A stretch of 64,000 bases of DNA from Macrostomum lignano (taxonomy: Eukaryota): positions 1 to 64,000 of the forward strand of contig NIVC01001300.1 in the NCBI GenBank assembly GCA_002269645.1, read 5' to 3'. Below are positions 62,191 through 64,000 of the stretch, piece after piece. The notes under the pieces are model-generated. The model saw nothing but the letters and a program-made list of their open reading frames with translations, did not search any database and had not been told where the DNA came from. A program made the position numbers and the translations under genes. Within the stretch, counting starts at the first letter, position 1; every line of letters begins with the position of its first letter.

Positions 62191-64000
62191 AGAGATGTGA
62201 ACAACACAGCCTGCTACAGGAGCCGGATAGAGAGGCGCATGCTAGGACAGAGAGGTAGTGTGAGTCACACACACCCCACAGAGAAAGCCATACAGAGGAT
62301 AGAGAGCTCCCTCCCCAGTTGCAGGGGACAGAGAGGCAGGCAGGGTATGCAGGGGCATGCGAACCGTCAAGGGGCCACGCGAGGATAGAGTGGAGGAGCA
62401 GAGATGTGTTTGGACAGAGAGCCAGCCACGTGTGCGTAGTGTGAGGGAACAGAAACATATCGAGCAGGAGGGAGATGGGGAGCAAACGCGCAGGGTAAGG
62501 GAGCCACACAGGGCGGTACAGTGAGACACGGGCAGGGGTGGAGCCGTGCGTGGACAGAGCTGAACGGCACGGTCAGCTGCAGGAATAGGATGATAGAGAG
62601 GCGCGGAGGGGGACAGAGAGCAGTGTGCAGGGGTAGGCAGCCACGCAGGCTGGGGAACAGAGAGGCGCGTGTCAGCCAGTTGCAGCCCGGGACAGAGAAG
62701 TATGAAGGGGGGCCTGGGACAGAGTTGCGAGCAAGGCACAGAGAGAGGTAGGGTCTGGTAGCTATGTATAGACAGGGACCCACGCGAGGGCAGGACAGGG
62801 GAGTAGACATGCAAGGGCAGAGAGGTGTGCGCGGAGGGAGACAGAGAGCAGTGTGTAGGGGTAGGTAACAGCAAACTTTAGTAGAGGCGCGCGCGGGGAC
62901 GGAGAAACCAGTCTGAGCGTACAGAGACGTTACAGAGAGGTACACAAACAGAGAATACTAAAAAGCACATGTGTAGGGACAGAGACGTGAGGGAGAATCC
63001 ACCAAAACACGCTATGTATTATCAAAAGTTGGTTTTAGTGCCGCATATTTAATAGTGGGTAGTATAATAGTATGTACATAGTAGGTATAATAGTAGTAAT
63101 AATAGTAAGCATATTAGCCCAAAAGGTAGGCTAAAACTGCTAAACAGTGTACACATCCTCATCATCCCACAAGCCCCCTCTCCCGCCAGACTCACTCTTC
63201 CAGACCCTCCTGTATTGCTGTATGTAAGGAAAATATAGTGTAAAAATTCAGATGTTAACCTCTAGACCGCTGAAATCAGGGCACACTAGAGGGGTTTCGA
63301 GGGTCTGCAAGCTCTATGTAAGCTGCTCGAGGAGGTTCCAGGGGTGTCGGGAGGGTTTCCATTATGATTTTGAAAAAAAACTGGAGGCTTAAATACAACG
63401 TTTTATTCAAAAGCAGGTTATTTTAATGAAATAGCCAACACAACCATCGTCGAGAGTAGATTTTTATAAGAAACTAGGTATTACAGCAAAATAAACCTTC
63501 AAACCATATAAAATTGAATAAAAAGCAGACATAATAAATGGCAAGTATTTTAATAGAAAAGTAAGCGAATTAGTCACCCGGGGTGTACATCCGGCAGGGT
63601 GGGCGTCCAGCGAGTGTACATCTGACAGGATGGGTGTTCAGCAAGTGTACATCTGACAAGGTGGGCGTTCAGCAAGTGTACCTTCAGCGTCGAGTAGGTG
63701 TACACCCGTCAGTGGGGAACTCCGCCCCTCCCACCAATGTCGTGTGCATGCGGTTAGTCAGTATAGTGGTGGGGTAGACGGTGCAGGAAGGAAACCCAGA
63801 TGCTGACGCTGCCCTGTACAGCGAGCAACCAGCCCTCCTGTAGCAGGAGGGGGACAGAGAGTGCGTGGAGGCAGTAGGAGATAGAGGACGCTACCCGGCA
63901 TGTCGCAGCACGCGGCGCGGGACAGAGAGGCAGTGTGTAAGTCACCCCGCGGAGGGACAGAGAGCTGCCCTGGCAGGAGGCGCGGGACAGAGAGGCGGTG
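62190..64000. repeat. Complex degenerate purine-rich repeat region (recurring GGACAGAGAG, GATGCTGACGC.GCCCTGTACA)
   Basis: Fragments of the 117-bp unit recur at ~63795-63830; no coherent ORF. Confidence 0.55.

Overview
Eukaryotic (animal) genomic DNA with GT-AG introns, GC-rich exons and very many 13-117 bp minisatellites. This architecture suggests a repeat-rich invertebrate, possibly a free-living flatworm such as Macrostomum (inference only). Recognisable genes: a DEG/ENaC channel (+), a secreted LamG-type protein (+), cathepsin D (-) head-to-head with SCAMP (+), an Mx-like dynamin GTPase (+, disrupted in this sequence), PPT1 (+) and a probable AROS/RPS19BP1 homologue (-). There are also two small membrane-protein ORFs and the 3' exons of an unknown minus-strand gene. 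Mobile DNA: a decayed non-LTR retrotransposon, a hAT-type MITE with an 8-bp TSD, a Gypsy-like solo LTR with a 4-bp TSD, tRNA-derived SINEs (one CORE-type) and a Penelope-like fragment. The least explained feature is a duplicated ~4-kb cassette. Each copy carries an intronless, AT-rich ~110-aa orphan ORF with a conserved CCAAT/TATA promoter and AATAAA, an internal two-fold repeat, and an upstream VNTR whose copy number differs about 15-fold between the copies. Three genes show single-base frameshifts in short homopolymers, probably assembly errors. Most long ORFs in the supplied track are artefacts of tandem repeats. Coordinates were counted by hand; repeat boundaries are approximate.
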